Shown here: one piece after another, positions 59,984-64,000 of the stretch
Numbering within the stretch: the first letter of the stretch is position 1
How the letters are laid out: each line of letters opens with the position of its first letter
Origin: a bacterium
Lineage (GTDB): Bacteria > Zhuqueibacterota > Zhuqueibacteria > Residuimicrobiales > Krinioviventaceae
DNA: 64,000 nt
Assembly: GCA_963693055.1 (NCBI GenBank)
Contig: OY843751.1
Location: forward strand, 3,872,001-3,936,000
Direction: 5' to 3'
Program-made: the position numbers and the translations under genes
Notes under the pieces: generated by a model
What the model was told of the DNA's origin: nothing
Databases searched by the model: none
The model's input: the letters and a program-made list of their open reading frames with translations, nothing else

Positions 59984-60886
59984 ATCAAATCCGGAAAGAA
60001 TAGCAATTTCATCATCTCCCGCCGGGATTTTCTCAAAGCATCGGCAGCATTAACCACGGGGCTGGGCACGCTTTCCCTTGCTTCATGCGGCAAGCGTTCA
60101 CCCCTCACATTCGGCATGGTGACGGATCTGCATTACGCGGATATAGACACGCGTGGCACACGCCATTACCGTGAATCCGCGGACAAGCTCCTCTCCTGTA
60201 TCAACACACTGAATCCGTTAAAACCGGATTTCCTCATTGAGCTGGGCGATTTCAAGGATCAGGGCACACCCCCGGATGAACAGTATACCCTGCGCTATCT
60301 CGAGGTGATCGAGTCCGTATTTAAAACATTCGAGGGTCCCCGCTATCACGTACTGGGTAATCATGATATGGACAGCCTCTCTAAACAGCAGTTCATGGAT
60401 ACGGTCAAGAATGCCAATATTCCCCATGCCTCTACCCATTACAGTTTTGACGTCAAGGGCGTACACATGGTGGTACTGGACGCCAATTATAACAGCGACG
60501 GCACGGATTATGACCACGGCAATTACGACTGGACCGACGCCAATATTAACCCCGATCAGCTCGCCTGGTTAGAGCACGATCTGGCTCTCTCTCCTTTTCC
60601 GGCAATCATTTTTGTTCACCAATTGCTAGATGGCAGTGGTAAGCATTATATCAATAATTCAGAAGCGGTACGGGCCATTTTGCAAAAGCACAAGGTTCTT
60701 GCCGTGTTCCAGGGACATCAACATGCGGGGCAATATAACCAGATTGAGGGTATTCATTATTATACCTTAAAAGCCATGGTAGAAGGCGGCGGCCCGGACA
60801 ATTCGTCTTTTGCATTGGTACAGGTACATAAAAATTACGATATCAGCATCACCGGATATAAAAAGGCGGAGAGTTTAGAGCTTTAA
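59984..60886 (+). CDS. Tat-exported calcineurin-like metallophosphoesterase lipoprotein (start codon non-canonical or mutated)
   Basis: TDLH, LGD, GNHD, VHQ and QGHQH motifs. An in-frame upstream extension encodes SRRDFLK plus an LASC lipobox. Confidence 0.8.
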   Translation: MKSGKNSNFIISRRDFLKASAALTTGLGTLSLASCGKRSPLTFGMVTDLHYADIDTRGTRHYRESADKLLSCINTLNPLKPDFLIELGDFKDQGTPPDEQYTLRYLEVIESVFKTFEGPRYHVLGNHDMDSLSKQQFMDTVKNANIPHASTHYSFDVKGVHMVVLDANYNSDGTDYDHGNYDWTDANINPDQLAWLEHDLALSPFPAIIFVHQLLDGSGKHYINNSEAVRAILQKHKVLAVFQGHQHAGQYNQIEGIHYYTLKAMVEGGGPDNSSFALVQVHKNYDISITGYKKAESLEL

Positions 60887-60962
60887 TTGATTCTCCCGAT
60901 GGTCTCTTTGAGCTCTTGGGAGGATATTCTTACTAAAAACATATTCAATAAAGAGGGATAGC

Positions 60963-62861
60963 ATGAATAAAGTAGCTGGTTTATTGGTCATAACAGTAGT
61001 ACTCGTTGTATCCGCTTGCACCCAAAATCATGAAATCCATGTCTCCAAATCCGGGAACGATTCAAATCCCGGAACATCCCAAAAACCTTTACAAACCATA
61101 CAGGCAGCCGCAAACAAGGCCCAGCCAGGCGATATCATTACTGTGCATGAGGGAATATATCGTGAACGCATTGATCCCCCCCGCGGCGGTGAATCGGATG
61201 CCCAAAGAATCGTCTATCAGGCAGCTCCCGGTGAAAAAGTCGAGATCAAAGGCTCAGAGATCATCAAAGGCTGGCAAAAAAATCCGTATGGCATCTGGCA
61301 GATCAGCATTGCCAATTCCTTTTTTGGCGATTACAATCCCTATGCAGACAGTATTTATGGCGACTGGTTCAACGACCGCGGCAGAATCCACCATACCGGC
61401 GACGTTTATCTGAACGGCAAATCCCTTTACGAAGTAGAGACCCTTGATCGGGTATTGCATCCGGTCCCGGAAAAAGAAGCTGTGGACAAGGCAGGCTCCT
61501 TATACACCTGGTATTGCGAAACAACACAGGATTCCACAATCCTCTGGGCCAATTTCCATGAATATGATCCCAATTCAGAGCTGGTAGAGATCAATGTCAG
61601 AGAAGCCTGTTTTTATCCACGCGAGACCGGTAGAAATTTCATCACCATACGCGGATTCGAAATGAGTCAGGCCGCAACACAATGGCCCGCCCCAACGGCA
61701 GAACAACCCGGGCTCATTGGCACCAATTGGAGCATGGGCTGGATCATTGAAGACAATATCATTCACGATTCAAGGTGCGCGGGCATTACCCTGGGCAAAG
61801 ACCGGGCAAGCGGTCACAATGTGTGGTCCAAAGATCCTTCCAAAGGTGGTGCTGATCATTACAACGAGGTCATCGAGCGCGTGCTTGCCAATGGCTGGCA
61901 AAAAGGTAACATTGGTTCGCATATCGTCAGAAACAATACTATCTACAACTGTGAGCAATCCGGAATATGCGGAAGCATGGGTGCGGCATTCTGCGAGATC
62001 ACAAACAACCACATTTATAACATCTGGTACAAACGACAATTCAACGGAGCGGAAATATCCGGCATCAAATTCCATGGTGCAATCGATACCATCATCAAAG
62101 GCAACAGTGTTCATGACAGTCAAAAAGGTCTCTGGCTGGACTGGATGACCCAGGGTACCCAGGTGAGCAGCAATCTTTTTTACAATAATGGTGAGGATTT
62201 TTTTGCCGAAGTCAATCACGGTCCATACCTGGTAGACAATAATCTATTTTTGTCCGCAACGGCCTTACGAAACTGGTCCGAAGGCGGCGCCTATATACAC
62301 AATCTCATCGCCGGTACACTCAGAAGCCGTCCGCAAACACGGCAAACACCTTTTCTCAAGCCGCATTCCACAGCACTGGCAGGGCTTTCCATCACAACCT
62401 GCGGAGATGACCGGTATTACAACAATATATTTATTGGCGGTACCAAAGATACAGAAAAATTGAGCAATGAAGAACGTAAAGTGGGCTATGGACTGTCGAT
62501 TTATAACAACTGGGGATTTCCTGTCCAGGCAAGTGGCAATATTTATTACAATGGAGCCAAACCCATGAGCAATGAAATAGCAGCACTGGTCAGTTCTACT
62601 AATCCCGATATAAAAATCGAGAAGCAAAATGGCCACACGTTTATCTCGTTCAACATGCCTGAAATGGACCAGGATTATGACACACAAATGATCACATCCC
62701 CGATGTTGGGTGTATCAAAAGTTGGTGAATTGCCCTTTGAAAATCCAGACGGAACCGCTTTTGTCATTGATACGGATTATAACAATGTCCCACGAGATGT
62801 GGAACACCCTGCACCTGGCCCGTTTGAAGAGCTTGATGGAACACGCGTGCAGGTTAGATAA
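60963..62861 (+). CDS. Right-handed beta-helix lipoprotein, GH120 beta-xylosidase-like (DUF1565 N-terminus)
   Basis: Lipobox VSAC, HVSKSGND.NPGT..KPLQTIQ.A, W.APTAEQ.G, GIKFHGAID, WLDWM.QG and EVNHGP. Confidence 0.8.
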   Translation: MNKVAGLLVITVVLVVSACTQNHEIHVSKSGNDSNPGTSQKPLQTIQAAANKAQPGDIITVHEGIYRERIDPPRGGESDAQRIVYQAAPGEKVEIKGSEIIKGWQKNPYGIWQISIANSFFGDYNPYADSIYGDWFNDRGRIHHTGDVYLNGKSLYEVETLDRVLHPVPEKEAVDKAGSLYTWYCETTQDSTILWANFHEYDPNSELVEINVREACFYPRETGRNFITIRGFEMSQAATQWPAPTAEQPGLIGTNWSMGWIIEDNIIHDSRCAGITLGKDRASGHNVWSKDPSKGGADHYNEVIERVLANGWQKGNIGSHIVRNNTIYNCEQSGICGSMGAAFCEITNNHIYNIWYKRQFNGAEISGIKFHGAIDTIIKGNSVHDSQKGLWLDWMTQGTQVSSNLFYNNGEDFFAEVNHGPYLVDNNLFLSATALRNWSEGGAYIHNLIAGTLRSRPQTRQTPFLKPHSTALAGLSITTCGDDRYYNNIFIGGTKDTEKLSNEERKVGYGLSIYNNWGFPVQASGNIYYNGAKPMSNEIAALVSSTNPDIKIEKQNGHTFISFNMPEMDQDYDTQMITSPMLGVSKVGELPFENPDGTAFVIDTDYNNVPRDVEHPAPGPFEELDGTRVQVR

Positions 62862-62955
62862 TAAACCAAACCTTGCAATAAAACAGTACAATAATTTGTT
62901 GATACATTAAATCATTTTAAACAATATTGTATTATTTCGCATTCGCAGGAAAAAG

Positions 62956-64000
62956 ATGGGCAAACAGATTCCGGTTGATTTTACGCAAGAGCTTGAAACA
63001 GTTCTCGAAAAACTGGACAAAATCACATTAAAACAGGCATCCACCCTGTTCAAAGATTGGCAGAACAAACATTTTGAACAATTGCAGTCCTGTGAAATTA
63101 TTTGCAAAAATGGTCAAAACAGTCTTTTGGTCCTTCTTGAAATCGATTTTTCAACGCTCAACTATTGGCAGGAACTGGATACATTTGTTCACCAGCTGCT
63201 GGATTGGCTGCAAGATTTGGAAACATCAGAGAAGGATCCCTTGCCTGCTCTACCGGCAAGGGAAGCTTTTCAAAATAAATATAATAAAGTCATTGACGGT
63301 TTCCCTGCAGAACCGGAGCTATCATTAACCAAACAATGGTGGAAAGCCCGTGATGACGATACGCTGCGTATACGTCTGTGGAAAATGCTAAACCGCCGTC
63401 GTCTTGATATTCAAGATAACAATTTAAAACTCGGCAATACAATACGGGGATGGTTAAAAAAGCCTGTCAAAACATTGCCCACTAAAACAAGAACCATTCA
63501 TTCTAGAGATTTCCTGCATTATTATTATACCAGTGCTTTGTATGCGTTGATGGTACAGCTGGGCTCAAAATATTATCAGCATCAGATATCCAATTATGAA
63601 AAAATACACCACATTGTAAACACCCTTTTAGAAACCTTGTTCGCTATTCAGGAATTTCAGACAACACTCGAAACCGGCAATCATTCGTTACTTTGGGAAA
63701 GAGCAAGTACCGCAGCAAATAGTATCCAGGAGATTGAAACCCTATTATCTGATCAAAAAACTATACTTTCTCAAATACAAACAGAGCTGAAATCCGGGTT
63801 ACAAATTATAAATTCAAAATTGAAGCAAAACTGGAATTATGTCGGAACTGCCATGCTGCCTGCAACTTTCTTTAATACATCCAGAACTGAAAGCCAATGG
63901 CAAAAGAACCAGCAGTTACTCGAGAGAACGTTAAACAAATGGCAATCTGCTTTGGAAAGTGAAAAGCAAGACTGGAAAAAAGACCTTGAGCTTTCACAAC
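62956..64000 (+). CDS. Large helical hypothetical protein (3' truncated by window; absent from the ORF track)
   Basis: ATG at 62956 after AGGA. The frame (MGKQIPVDFTQELE...) has no stop before the window end. Confidence 0.7.
   Translation, partial: MGKQIPVDFTQELETVLEKLDKITLKQASTLFKDWQNKHFEQLQSCEIICKNGQNSLLVLLEIDFSTLNYWQELDTFVHQLLDWLQDLETSEKDPLPALPAREAFQNKYNKVIDGFPAEPELSLTKQWWKARDDDTLRIRLWKMLNRRRLDIQDNNLKLGNTIRGWLKKPVKTLPTKTRTIHSRDFLHYYYTSALYALMVQLGSKYYQHQISNYEKIHHIVNTLLETLFAIQEFQTTLETGNHSLLWERASTAANSIQEIETLLSDQKTILSQIQTELKSGLQIINSKLKQNWNYVGTAMLPATFFNTSRTESQWQKNQQLLERTLNKWQSALESEKQDWKKDLELSQ

Overview
This is an AT-rich bacterial chromosome window, probably from a diderm FCB-group organism such as KSB1 or Calditrichota. 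That assignment is inferred from several secreted proteins ending in an 'xYPNPFN' FlgD/Por-type C-terminal domain. The left part (1-30 kb) holds two sensor kinases followed by a five-gene putative exopolysaccharide operon. That operon encodes a 1656-aa dual-glycosidase/deacetylase fusion, a YdaM/PssC-like GT2 synthase, an internally duplicated outer-membrane beta-barrel, a secreted beta-propeller and WecB, and it sits behind a sigma54-type promoter. The left part also contains an ablA-symporter-ablB osmolyte operon and an ArnC/ArnT/LAB_N cluster. The middle (31.5-42.7 kb, minus strand) is a core block: four tRNAs, thrS-infC-rpmI-rplT-pheS-pheT-zapB-like-zapA-(probable 6S RNA)-rny-ymdB-folD. 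The right part (43-64 kb) is an accessory region with sugar oxidoreductases, a frameshifted SRPBCC gene, vapBC, glycoside hydrolases, two tandem transglutaminase-like paralogs and many REP-like palindromes. The best candidates for novelty are the Gram-positive-type (Pss/Yda) EPS synthase rebuilt with diderm export parts, and a 277-bp non-coding element present twice with terminal inverted repeats and covarying internal hairpins. All family calls come from motif recognition by eye; no searches were run.
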